From NCBI GenBank assembly GCA_973895155.1, contig OZ316898.1, forward strand, positions 12,051,187 through 12,115,186: 64,000 nucleotides of DNA, in the 5' to 3' direction. The notes below the pieces were generated by a model that was not told the DNA's origin, made no database searches, and was given only the letters and a program-made list of their open reading frames with translations. The position numbers were made by a program, and so were the translations under genes. The stretch's first letter is position 1. Each line of letters starts with the position of its first letter. Origin of the DNA: Marsupella aquatica. Taxonomy: Eukaryota > Plantae > Marchantiophyta. Positions 26,397 through 39,273 of the stretch are shown here, piece after piece.

Positions 26397-28656
26397 TTAG
26401 ACCCGGAGTTTTGCTTTCAGTCTTCGGACAGCTTCCTTCAAAGTGTCCTCGTCTTTGCAGAAAGCAAACCGTACAAGATGTTTACCATCCGCTTCGTTAT
26501 GGTAAAATGCACTCGGCGGGATGGCTGCAACTCCAACTTCTTTCACCAAGTATTCACAAAACGCAACGTCATCTTTGAATCCGAAGGGGGTATGGTCTGC
26601 CATCACAAAATAGGTGCCCTGAGGATCGAACACCTCGAAACCCACGCTCTTCAGCCCTTCCATCAATATATCCTTTTTGATACCGTAGTCTTTAATAAGA
26701 TCACTGTAGTATGAATTAGGAGCTTTGAGTGCCGCAAGGGCTCCCCACTGGAAGGGAGTCGCTGTGGAAAACGTCAAGTATGAATGCGCTTGCCGGACTC
26801 CAAATGATAGATCAGGAGGTGCTATTGCCCAGCCAATCTTCCAACCGGTCAACGAGAAAGTCTTCCCAAGAGAGTTCAGCGTCACCGTTCTTTCATACAT
26901 ACCCTCAAGCGAAGCCAAAGATATGTGCTCCCCTTTGAAGACCTGAAGCAAATACCAAGAAACAATCACATTTCTACACCGCCCAGAACGAGTCTGACAC
27001 TAAAGTCATATATGAAACTTTTGGCTCTAGACAGAGACCTAACTTTCCTCTACCTAAAAGCTTATGCTTTCCTGGACTTATGTTATTCAGAGTAGTAGCC
27101 AGCACTTCCGCATTGTGATCGAAAACTTAGAGGTTTGCAGTAAACCAAGCCGAACGGATTCGAAAATCCTACAGGATTTAAATGAAAACCGACAATAATG
27201 ACTTCCCAAGAAACATGCGAGGCTCCGTTTCTCCATAATACACTATAACAACAAGAAAAACGAAAAAACGATGAGGGGAAATAATTAAAATCGTACACAA
27301 GGTGACATTACAGGCCAGCATTCCCTTCATCCAAAATCAGAAAGGGAAAAGTTCTGCAGCATACCAGCTTATCATACACCTCGTCGGTGATGGCAATGAC
27401 GTCGTGCTTTTTGCAAAGCTCGGCGATTAATTCCAGTTCCTTTCTAGAGAACACTTTTCCGGTGGGATTGTGTGGAGTATTGACTACGATAGCTCTTGTC
27501 TTCGATGAAAAAGCAGCTCTCAGCTCATCCTCGGGGACTGTAAAGAATGGTGGGCGCAAAGTCACTGCCTTGATCTTCGCGTCTACCATGAAAAGATTAG
27601 CTTCATACGAGTCATAATATGGAGAGAATAAAATCACTTCATCACCCGCATTGACCAAGCCTATCATCGTGGCGGCAATAGCTTCCGTGCAGCCAGATGT
27701 CACAGTGACTTCGGTTTCAGGATCAACTTTCACACCAGTCTCCTTATGGAACCTCTCAGATATCGCTGCATTCAGAGGAGGGATACCATAACCCCGTGCA
27801 TACTGGTTCTTTCCACTTCCAGAAGTCTGGATGGCTTCAATTGCTGCTTCCTTGATGAAATCAGGGCCATCGAAATTCGGGAACCCTTGACCCAGATTCA
27901 CAGCATTGTGTTTCATTGCCAGGATGCTGAATTTTGTGAAGACAGTAGGTTTTATATTCAGTAGGCGCTTTGAAATCTGTCTCGTTATCTGTGATCAGGT
28001 ATCACCAAACGATGAGAACACCCAGACTCAGGTCAGGAGGGCACTGTTGGGGTAAACAGAAAGTAATATCTAAATACACAAGAGCTTCTAGTGCAGGGAT
28101 CTCGAGAAACACTAAAACCACAAGAATTGAAAACAAACTGCACCTACATCTACCATCCAAATAATACATTGGACACAATTCACAATTCAGCAGGCAGACA
28201 ATCTGCAAACACAAGAAGCCCTTTTAGTCCAGCGGTCTCGAGAAACTCACAAACTAAAAGAATTGAAAAAAGCTGCACCTTCATCGACCATCAAAAGAAC
28301 ATGGACACAATTCACACACCCGCATTTACCTTCGCCTACCTGTAAGGCCGACTGTTCGGAAGCCTTACAGGTAGGCGAAGGTAAACCATTTCGTGCAGCA
28401 AATCTTCAAATAGAACAAAGCCCGTCTATAGCAGAGGTTACGAGAAACACTAAACCCACAAGAACTCAAAAACAAACTGCACCTACACCCACATCCAAGA
28501 ATGCGATGGACACAATTCACACAATGGTCACAATTGGGTAGGCGGTATTACATCAGCCGGGGGGGCTTCTGCCTGAGACTGAGATGGCACACTAACAGCA
28601 ACTCCAAGGCTAGTACCCTCCACGATATTGCTGTTGGTGGCCGCTGCGGTGACCAT
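26397..28656 (-). CDS. PLP-dependent class I/II aminotransferase (kynurenine/glutamine/methionine transaminase, YbdL/CCBL-like); exons 28656-28552, 27976-27365, 26942-26397 (~420 aa from first ATG)
   Basis: AVNLGQGFPNFDGP, NQYARGYG, VTSGCTEA, NTPHNPTGKVF, DEVYDKL, SLGKTFSLTGWKIGW (PLP Lys), VRFAFCK. The exon 1 donor (GAT|GTAATA) is less certain than the others. Confidence 0.9.
28100..28522. repeat. Three diverged tandem units in aminotransferase intron 1
   Basis: cgagaaac..aa..aagaa.t.aaaa.aa.ctgcacct.ca...catc.aa.aa...ggacacaattcac repeated at ~28102, ~28238 and ~28441. Confidence 0.8.
28325..28385. repeat. Perfect 24-bp inverted repeat (hairpin, 13-nt loop)
   Basis: tttaccttcgcctacctgtaaggc (28325-28348) is the exact reverse complement of gccttacaggtaggcgaaggtaaa (28362-28385). 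Confidence 0.95.
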
Positions 28657-28910
28657 TATGCCTCTCCCTCGCAGGTGCTGGAGCTGCCGCAGAGGCGTGA
28701 AGGATGGAGAGAACGAGGGAAGGCAGTAGGGTAGGGCAGCTGGGATCAACCCGTGCCTCCCTGCGATAACCTTCGCTATCGCCAGATTTCCTCCCTCCCT
28801 CCTCTCCGCCCCAACCGGCAATCAATCTTCCTGAGAACAACTGCACCGTGCCTTCGTAGAAAATCAGTTCGGTGAAAGAGCTAGAGTGACATCGCTCTCT
28901 CACCGTCTAC

Positions 28911-29310
28911 CTCTCTCTCTCTCTCTCTCTCTCTCTGCTTCGAAGACGGTGGAATCACACTGGGAAGGCAGAGCAAGAGAGGTCTCACAAAGGAGTTCGC
29001 AGGCACCTGAAAGGCACAGTGCCCGTGTGAGAGAATCTCAATTCGGTGACATCTCCCTCCCTCTCTCACACACAAGGCACCTGAAAGGCACAATGCCCCG
29101 TGTAAGAGAGACTCAGGTCGGTGACAACTCTCTCTCACTCTCACAGAGCTTCAAATGCGGTGGAATGACACTGAGACAGCAGTGCTAGAGAGGTCTCATG
29201 AAAGAGTGTCTCATGAAAGAGTACGCAGACAGCTGAAAGGCTGACCAGGGACAGTGACCCGAGACATAATTCGGATTAGTGGGGAACATAATGAGAGAGA
29301 GAGAGAGAGA
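28911..29310. repeat. (CT)n/(GA)n microsatellites and a ~75-bp tandem duplication upstream of the aminotransferase
   Basis: (ct)n at 28911-28936, (ga)n at ~29293-29310, and aggcacctgaaaggcaca.tgccc..tcggtgaca..ct x2 at ~29001-29143. Confidence 0.8.
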
Positions 29311-32300
29311 TATGAGATGGAGCCGATCCATGGAGGTGCATGGTGAACGAACGATACCTCGCATATATTAGTCAATAGTACCTTCCCCAAACACAATGCC
29401 ATGGCCTTGTATTTGAATAGGGAGTCATGGGGCTCGAATAGTGCACGCCAGGGACTTTGTATTCAAATAGTTTGCTCAGGGCCTTGTATTTGAATAGTGC
29501 ACCTGGAGCCTTGTATTTAACTGTTGATTGTGTGTTTTTATTTTTGTACTAGCAACGCGCTGTGTTCAAATATTGGCGTTGTCGTCTGATTTATGAGGTA
29601 TTACTCGTTGTGTTTAATGTAGAATAGTTTGGGGTTAAAACTCAAACACAGTGCCCAACTTGAACACAACTCCCGGGCATTGTGTTAAAAAGTAGTTGTG
29701 TTCGAATTCAAAATTCAGAATGTAAAACCCTTAAAATTTCCCCTTGCAAATTTTTTAAATAAAAATAAAATTCAGAATATAAACCTGAATGTAAAATAGG
29801 GAGGAAGAGAAAAATGAGTCTTGATGAGAAAAGTATTACATGTTATTTCCTGTCCATCTTTAACTTGTCCCTGTTTTTGTCTACACTCTCATTTTCAATT
29901 GTACCCTCTGTCAGATTCACCCTCCAGGTATCATTGTAGACACTAGGCCTGCTACACCCTCACTTTCGGTGATCCCTTTCTTGAATGTAAACAGGGATGA
30001 GGAGAAAAAAAACAGCCTTGAAGAGATAAGTAATCTAAGAAACTGTTTGGCTCTAGACTAGATAACAATTATGGAACATGAGAGCACTCAATCTCACACT
30101 ACACTAACAAGACATCACGATGGCTAAGGGGTCTCATTACATAGAAGCCCCCATCACCTGCAATGTTTTTAAGCCCTACACCCCTACAATGTAAGAATTT
30201 TTAAAAAAATTTAAACCTTATAAAGTTAGAATATTCTTGGATTTGAAACACCTTAAAGTTCTTCCACAAATTTTCTAAGTTTTCCCTTAAAACCAATAAA
30301 ACTACCCTATTCTTTGTCGCATGTGATATACCGATTCTAAGTATGTAAATGAAACCCCCAAGCACAATGGAAAAACTGTAGAATGATCCATAGCTCATGA
30401 GAAAGTACATGTGAAGAATGAGGGATAGACTACTCTCCTTCCAACCTATACCTCCAAGGGGGCCCAAGATGTGTGAGCCTAAACTAAACGGATTTGACTT
30501 ATATAAATGTAATCCAGGGTTAACTAACTCTAGTAAGGCCAAACTAACTAAAGCTGAGAATTTGAGTCAATTTCTAACAAATATTTCATGTTATTTCCTG
30601 TCCATCTTTGCTGTGTCCGTGTTTTAGTCTATGCCCTCTTTTAGTCATGCCCTTTGTCAAAGTCACTCTCTAGAGGCTTTTCTCTAGACACTAGTGGGGA
30701 CACTAGGCCCCAGAGTAGCTTTTAATTGCATTTTATAAGTTAGATTTTAATAGGTTGCTGATTACTAATTTCCACTATTTTCAGTGGCAACTAATATAGT
30801 AATCCTTGACATAATAATCAATACTAGCCTGATTGACTCTGACTCTTGTTTGAACATAAATAGAGACAAGGAGAAAAAAATTGTAAAAAAAAGGATGCCA
30901 TCGGTGCTATTTTCCCTTTCATCTTTCCATTCATCCATGTTTTTTATCTGCACCCTCACTATCAGTTATGCCCCCAGTTAGTTAGAGTCTAGAAGTTTGG
31001 CTCTAGATAGAAAGCCCAGGAAGTAGTTTTTGATTGCAATTTATTAATTAGATTTTAGTTTGAGTTACAAATGAATAATTTCCAATAGTTTTAGTGACAA
31101 CTACACTAGTCATCCTTGACATGTTAACTAAATTTAAGTCTGAGTGACAAGTTAATACTTTTTAGGAGAAATTAGTGGCAAGGTAGAAAATCTCAGATCA
31201 AATGATTCCGTTGTGCACCATCACGGTGTGCATGGCCATCAAGATTGTTCTAGATTTTTTATTATAAGAAAGGGGAAACCACAAGCCTTAGAGCAAGCCT
31301 GCATAAGTGGCTTGCAGGGAAAACCTCGCCTTATATTTTTGTTTTTGCTCGTGGCTCATAACACATTACAACTGTCTGAGTTTCTCCTTTGGTGGGATGT
31401 GGTGGGGTGGGTGGTTGGAGGCCCTGACTTCAAGCCCAAAAACCTTAACCCCCTCCTGTGTTTTTCTCTTTATACATTGCAGGGAGTCTAGAGTCCTAAG
31501 TCCCATGGTAGAGGCTCATGATCCCCTTGCAAGTTCAAATTTTGTGATAGGCCATCCCCACTCTTTGATAGCCCATCTCCACTTGGTGGACACCTTTCCT
31601 CCTTCAAGTTGAGCTACAGCTCAAATAAAACAAACAAAGGGAATATGAGGCACCAATCTTTGGAAAATTGATCATTTCTATAATTCCTGGCATGGCATCT
31701 GATTGAAAGTATCTCCATGCAGGCTCGTGCATTGAACCTGGTCCTACTCTGCTGCCCATACAAGTGTCCCACCAAAGGAATATTCTCAACACTTCCTTAA
31801 TGCTTCGTAGCAGGATGGAAAACATGTACACTGCTTTCCTAAGCATAAAAATCAATGTTTACTAGGTTAAGCTTCTCTTATATGACAATCGTTGCACTAG
31901 CAGTGACCGAGAGCAGCAGACAGAATTTGCAATATACACTGAACGGAGCGTTTGCGGCCTCCGATCCTGACCAGTAGACCCAAAGTGTTTCCATTGACGA
32001 GCCTACTGTAGTGATCGCTCGGGTGAATGCAGGAATGAAGAAGAGATAATCTCAAGGAGTAGCTTGTTCTCAGTGTCTCGGACGAAAGCGAGTGATTCTT
32101 CATTGATTATTATTGTTGGGCGATATCAACGAGCCATTGGGAAGCTGTGCGCTATACTTCGAAGAACCCCGCCCAGCACTCCCACAACTATCGACATGAT
32201 TACACTTAGTCCGCCATCTCTATAGTGCTGCGAGCTTTCTGCAAAACTACACACTAGATCGGAACCCGTAACATGGGACAGTGTTCTTTGCTTCTGGTCG

Positions 32301-32392
32301 GAGTTGATTAGATGGGTGATTCCTGAATGACTTATTTCAGGACGAAGAGAAATGAGTGATTCCTGAGATGACCTAATTCAGGACGAAGAGAA

Positions 32393-35300
32393 ATGGCGAA
32401 ACAAATGGTGTGGGCTGGGGTGGCGCTAGCGGTTGCTGTGCGGGTTGCATTAGCGTTAATGGGAGCACAGGTTTATCTAAGCCGGCGAGTCGAAGTGGTG
32501 ACGCCTATCAACAGCCCTATGCGCTGTATTTTTCTCTCCTTCTCCTCGGTGGAATGAATTTTACCCTCTGTGCCAGAAATTTTGTTGTTGTCCGTCGTTT
32601 GGTTGTGTGCATCATTGGGTGAGTTTGGTCTCTTTCCCGATTCCACTTATCACGTGAAATCTTTCTGCAGTGGCTGAAGGGCATTGGTTGAAGAAGCTTG
32701 GTCTATCTCCATATGCAGGTATTGTTTCGTTTCTCTCCCTGCTCAATATTTTAGTGCGTTTTGTGATAATGAAAGTTCAGCCGCACCGTCAAAGAGTCAG
32801 TTTTGTTTTGCACAGTTGTGCAATCTCAGAGCAAGAATTCAAGAGTCAAGAGTCAAGAATTAATCTGGAAAAGTAGCTCAGACTTTGCCTTTTTAAGACC
32901 TCAAGAGTGAATGGATAAAGCAAAAGGATTTTCCTTAACCAGCGTAAGGAGTAAACCTGTATCTTTGTTGCTTACAGGATCAGCATACCATGGATCGCCG
33001 CTCCTCCTTGAAGTTCTGGGACCCTTGACAAATAAGGGGTGGGTGGTTTTTTTGCAGTGTCGAATCAGCAGTCTAGATGGAGCAATTGGTATTGCAGTAG
33101 ATGTCAGCTGTTGAGATTATTTGTCGTGATACCACCTTTCTATCTGCGTCTTCTGTGATATCCATCGACCTTGCCTCATAGCTTTAGTCGGAGTGGGACA
33201 CTTTCAGGAATGAATGAGTTTAAGTGTCCTCGTGCTCAGTTGTCTGGAGTCATTCGTGTATTTTGATTTGGTATGATTAATCTACATTGATTAGTTCTGA
33301 TGTGATTACCTGCAGAACAGGTGGGCAGTCAAATCTTCAATTTCTGAGAAGGTACTCTATTATCTTCTCTATCATTCGTATCTCGGGCTTTCAGCGGGTT
33401 TGAAATGCGCTGTCCACCCACTTCATTGGTGTCTTCGGCGACGAATTCAATTTTGGGCCTCAGAGTTCACAACATCCTGGACACCACCTGAGTGTGTGGT
33501 GTGCAAAATTGTAGACTTTCCGGATGTCAATATAGTTGTGTCAAAATAACAGCGTTTTTTGCAATTAACACAAAAGTGTATTGCAGCTTTCTGGTGTTTG
33601 TGGCTGCAGATCTCATTGCGGCCCTGCTTCTTCGTGCAATAGGTGCTTTAGTTGAAACTGCCCATGACCACTATCTGGCCATTCTCCAAGTAGGTCTACC
33701 GCCATCACAAGAGTTTGACTCGACAAGTAAGCTGCAAGAAAAAAATGACGAAAAGAATGGTGAGCAGACTTTTTATTCCATCTTTTATCATCACATCTAC
33801 ACCCTGGTATGGCACTTTGGCAGAAACCGTTGTCTGCGGAGATGTTTCTGTTCAACTGCTGCGCTCTGGAATTTCCCTTGCTCCTCCTTTCAAACTTTGT
33901 AGGAAGTTCTCAACAGAATGCCCGTTTAAGGTCGCTAAAGTGTTGATGTTTGGCAGTTTTCACAAAGTTGGCGCTCGGGGACGTGGCTGCCCTTTTATAC
34001 TTGCTGAATCCGTTCACAATTGCTGTTTGTGTGGGTGGTACCACATCGCCTTTTGAAAACATGCTGGTCATTACGGCACTTTATGGAGCCATAGCCGGTA
34101 CAGATACTCTTTCTCTCTCCAAAGTTTTTGATGCCAGCGACGATTCTCTTGTGACCATCTTAGTCAGTTGTGTTACATCTTTCTGACACTGGCCGCTATC
34201 GGTAAATACTTCTCTGCAGGTAATGTCCCTTTGGCCAGCTTTGGATGGGCAATCTCAACACACTTGTCGATGTATCCAGCTGTTCTCATCATCCCAGTAC
34301 GTCTCAGCACCGTAAATCTGCAGCCTGAGAGCCAATTTATGATGGAACGGTGGCTTACTGTAGAATTATTGTATTTTTTTCTTCTTACATGCAGGATTCG
34401 TCGACGATGATATCTTTGGATCAAAGGAATAATTATCTTTTTGCTGTTGAATAGAAGGTAGTTACAAACTGGACACATTGTAGCGAGCCAATTTACCGTG
34501 ACCGTTTTATGGGAAATAATGGGGTTTCCCAAGAATGTAATGTATGCAGCTGATTTAGACTCTGAACATTCCAGATAGCGTTCTTGACTATCAGCGGCCC
34601 TGATAGGCCTCAAAGGAAGGTACTTGATAAGACGCAATCAATTCAGAAGGAATCAAAGTACTCAAATCGTGAAGGAGAGCAGGAAGATGTTCAGAGAAGC
34701 CAAGTATTTTGCGCTCCAGTTCGCCCATATTGGGTGGGTGCCGCAGATCTTCTGTTTTGGTCAACCTTGTGGTGGCTTTGTATCATGGGATTGTGCCAAC
34801 TTGCACTTGGTGGGCGTGCACACTTGCTGGAGATGCTATCAGAGTAAAATCTCAGCAGTCCTCACACTCATTTTAGACGTAGATAGTGCTTGCCTGTTCA
34901 CCTGGCTCATTTTTCTGCTCTCCATAGCGAATGAACTCTTGTTCCTTCTATTTATGAGATGTCGAAGGCGAAAGTAAAGGGTATTGCTATTGTGATTCTG
35001 AACATCTCCAGATGGATGCATGCTCACTTCCAGATTTTACATTCTGCAGGACGTATGGATTTATATTGTCAGTGGAAGATCTCTCACCGAACTTGGGAAT
35101 TTTTTGGTGAGCATCAAGTAATTCATACTCTTGGACTTGCACTCTAGTGATGAAGGGCCTTGATGCTAATTAAGTCTTACGCTTATTGGGGTCCTTCTCA
35201 ACCTTCAGTTTCTGTATCATATTGTAGGTATTTTTTCACTGAGGTGTTCACCCACTTTCGGTTCTTCTTCATCATGGTGTTCCATGCGAATGTTCTATTT

Positions 35301-36475
35301 GTGATTCTACCGCTTACAATACGCCTTCACCATCGGCCCTTCTTCATGGCATTCATCATGGTTGCAATATTCTCGCTACTCAAATCCTATCCTTCGGTAA
35401 GATTTTCTATACGTCCTAATTTGTGTTTTATTGGTTCGAAGAGTGTCTCTAGTTCTACCCTCCAAGCTTTAATAAAAGTTCTCTCTCCGGATCTGGGCAT
35501 TTTTTGAACATGGTGGCACATCCTTCCATTTGTTGTCAGAAAAAAGCTGACAGTTCACCTGCATGGTTCATTTTTCTTCCACAGGTTGGAGATGCCGCGC
35601 TTACATTGGGTCTAATGGTGCTATGTTTGCCCGAACTTAGTGGTGCAATCTCCTCATCCTTTGTTTCGAAATTGGAAAATTTGGTCTATCTTTGAGGAGA
35701 TTCATCAGGACGACTTGAATACCTAGTTAGCACATCTTATAAGAAAGGATTACAAGATTTTCTGAACTGGGAACGCCTTCAGCATGAATAACAATATATG
35801 AATCTTCTTTTGGTTGTTTTGCAAATGTTACTTGTTTTCCCATTTATAGTTTTATAACCTGAAGAATGACGTCTCTACATCGTGTGGTGGTTACAGGTTT
35901 TAGGGTCCCGCTTCTGATTTTGTATGGCTACCTCTTCGTTGCAATTCTTGGCCCATCTATGTACAACCTCTGGATTTGGAGAGTAAGTTTGTGGGGCACA
36001 TTTTTGCGCGCACGAGACGATTTTCCTTCGCAGACCATTTCCTTTGCAAGATGCCATATCCGGGAGCTACTCTGGTTGATAATCTAGGTCGGATCTGGGT
36101 TTCTCTCCTAGTTTATCTTAGTGGGCCATTTCCTTTTCCTCTCCTAAAATTTCAGCCATGAGCGATCTTTGTTGATAATCTGGCACTGATCTGGGTTCTC
36201 TTTCTCCTGTAGGGCACAGGCAATGCTAATTTCTATTTTGCAATGGCTTTGGTCTACTCTGCTCTTCAGGTGATTCTTTGACCCTCATTATTTCTTCTCG
36301 AACAATTATCCTGACTTGGGCTCATGGATGCGAAGGCAGTAAACTGACTTCAAACTCATGTCCGATGCAGAGTGTTTTGATCGTTGAGAGTGTTGGCACG
36401 GTCATTCGGTTCGATAGGAGGCTAAAGATCTCAATGGAGAAGAAGCATGTGGAACTGGTGGATAAAATAGATTAG
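32393..36475 (+). CDS. PIGU: GPI transamidase subunit PIG-U (multi-exon)
   Basis: Exon peptides: SRRVEVVTPINSPMRL|AEGHWLKKLGLSPYA|GSAYHGSPLLL, YLLNPFTIAVCVG, HLSMYP, TYGFILSVEDLSPNLGIFW, YFFTEVFTHFRFFF, KSYPS|VGDAAL, LWIWR|GTGNANFYFA, SVLIVESV. All are characteristic of PIG-U. Not every internal junction was resolved. Confidence 0.9.
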
Positions 36476-37939
36476 AGTTTTTGGTGACATTGCATATGTA
36501 TCCAGTGTCTTCTACCACAGCAGAAAAGGTACTTTCGAGCAGTTGTTCCTTTCAAAGTTGACAGAATCATATGTGCCAAGCTTGTAGGTATCCTTAGATT
36601 GCAGTTAGCGAGGCGAACGTACGATTCACCCAGTTGAAACAGTCTGCAAAAGCCGACCATTTGAGCATCGTCCAGAACAGCCCCCGGAGTCTTAAACTGG
36701 CTAGAGCTAGTGTACGCACGTTCTGTGGAGAAAAGCAACAGATTCCCATCACCGATTCCAACTACTGGGCTCATCTTTTGCAAGTATTGGGTAAAATAGT
36801 TCTGGGTCTTCAAATCTAATTGTACTCAAAGCTCACCCAAAACCTAGCTTCGGCTACATTTATTTTTGCATGGCTGCTATGGTCAGGGAACGAATTTTTA
36901 AAAATTCTAAGTAACGCCAAAAGATCTCTCTAAAATTATTTTTCTGAACCCATCCCACCAAGTGTTACATTGTTTATCTATGAAGGTCAACTTTATTGCC
37001 TCGGATGCATCTCGAGTATTGCATCTCACGACACGCTTCTCGAGTTGAACTAATCATGGTCGATGAGGCCGGAGAGCGGATTGGAAATTGGATTTAGTTC
37101 CTACAAGTTTGCATTCTGCGAGGACCCTAACTCAAGGAGAAATGGATATATTTACTTATTGCAAGTGTAAATTTTAATCATATAAAGTAGGCTTATACAG
37201 GTTGCAGCAATTTTTAAAAGCAAAGCTTAGTGTACAATCATGTATTATTAGAACAAGTTCGTTTCTTTGGACGAATTTTTCGCCGAAGTCTGACCTGGCA
37301 AACTGCAGAAAGAATACTGCCCTGTTGAGATTGATAGGACTGATAACCGCCAAGTTGAGCAGTTTAATGTACGACCTTTCTGTGCACTGTCTGCGGAAAG
37401 CAATGGATTTTTTTGGGGGGAATCAGAGAAAGAAGGGTAATTTTGGAAACCGCACGATTGCCTCAATTTCCGTCTGTGGGTGGACTTTCAATTGGAATTG
37501 TCCTGGTTGTTCATCGTAGACCAATTCAGTCTACTGCAAAATTGTGTCGAAGTGTAATGGCAGTTATCCTGTATGCTTACCGGGTATGAGATCTTTATAG
37601 TGCTCTCCCGCTTCAGCTTGATGGCGCAAATAGTTAGAGGAGAATAATCACAATGGCTTTATCATGACAAAGCCCAGGACAGGGTATGGATTCAATATTA
37701 TTGAGACGAAGGATACTGAGCAGAATAAGACCCTATTTCGATACAAAATGAAAGAGTACATCCTACCGTCGTTGGTCTCTTTGATGCTAGGGACCAGTTT
37801 GAAACAGGTGGAGGGCAATTACATGTTTCTGTTTTACTTGAAACTACACAACGGAAATTGAGCTCCCGATAGAGCTGATGATAGAGTCCTAAGGGCAAAG
37901 ATAATCTAACCTGTCTTTCATGGAATGCAATACTGCAAC

Positions 37940-38268
37940 AATGAAGGATTGAGTGGATCTAGTAGGTGATTCAAACAGTAATCAACTGGACGAGAATGAA
38001 TAATCTAAATGGAATAATGTAAATCTATGAGACAAATGAAGGATTGAGTGGATCTAGTGGGTGATTCAAATAGTAATCAACTCGGCTAAAAAGAATAATC
38101 TAAATGGAATTTTCTAAATCTATGAGACAAAATCCGACGACAAGATGACTCAACCTAATAAGAAAGATACACTCTTACAATAAACAGTGTGCTTATATGA
38201 GACAAAATTTGAAGACAAGATGACTCAAACTGGTAGGAAAGATACACTCCTATGCTAAACAGTGTGTT
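37940..38268 (+). repeat. Two adjacent tandem duplications (~96 bp and ~77 bp units)
   Basis: aatgaaggattgagtggatctagt.ggtgattcaaa.agtaatcaact...taatctaaatggaat...aaatctatgagacaa x2, then gacaagatgactcaa...gaaagatacactc...taaacagtgtg x2. Confidence 0.85.
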
Positions 38269-38762
38269 TCGACATATAGTTTGATTGCTGAGTACTGTTG
38301 TCCATTCTACTGAGGGCAATCTTGCTTAGAAGCAACCTATCGCGAAGATGTAAATAATAGCATTGTAGAGCCCTCGGTAAGTTAGGATGACACATTCGTC
38401 ACGTGGTATTTTAAGATGGTATTTTAAGATGCAGCTCATTTGTTTGTCTGTCTGGAGGTCACCTATGGATTCTCTAGAATGACAGCTTATATGTCTGTAC
38501 GTCCCGTCTCTTTTCAGGGCCGGATCCGCCACATTCTCGTACGTCGTGCCGGCTTCAAGAATGAACAATTGCTCCACAGCCTGCTCCTCAAAACCCCCTA
38601 CATAGCTCCACTTGACTCTGTTGCAACGAGATCATAAACGCCGGGCCCCCAAACCCATCTCAAAAGTCATGAAGTGGAGGCCCTGGTGATGGAGGAGGGC
38701 GGGGAGCTCAGGTGTGCAAGCTAGATCGAGTTGGTTGTCCTTGACAAATTCTGAGGTCGAAA

Positions 38763-38908
38763 TCCTGATCCGACTCAGGCATAGTCAACCGGACGGAGAT
38801 GCACGAGCCCAACGTTGGTTTGATCTACAGACGGGTCTACAGAAGTCCTGATCCGACTCAGGCATGGTCAACCGGACGGAGATGCACGAGCTCAACGTTG
38901 ACTCGATC
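38763..38908 (+). repeat. ~83-bp tandem duplication
   Basis: tcctgatccgactcaggcat.gtcaaccggacggagatgcacgagc.caacgttg..t.gatcta x2. Confidence 0.85.
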
Positions 38909-39273
38909 TAGGGGAGCTTGACATACCCGCACGATCGGGTTCTAAGATTCCGATCATGATCGGTGTGGACGGGTTCTGTGTTTTCCAGCGGCGGGCTCCT
39001 TCATTTAAACCACCGAGCCGGTTGCCGGTTGCCGGTCCATTGAAGGAGTGATGAGCGAGCGAGTGGCTACCATCAGAGGACGTGATGCCAGAAGTTTTAC
39101 TCTCCTTCGGTATATGATCGGCTCGGCTGCCTAGTCATGCTCTTTCGAGTTGTTCTAGTGCGATCGACCAATGTACAAGCACAAAAGCAATTACTCATCT
39201 GATCGACGGATTGTGAACAATGTATAGTCTGCAGTGTCACCATTAAATTGTGCATTAAGTGCATTGACCATCG

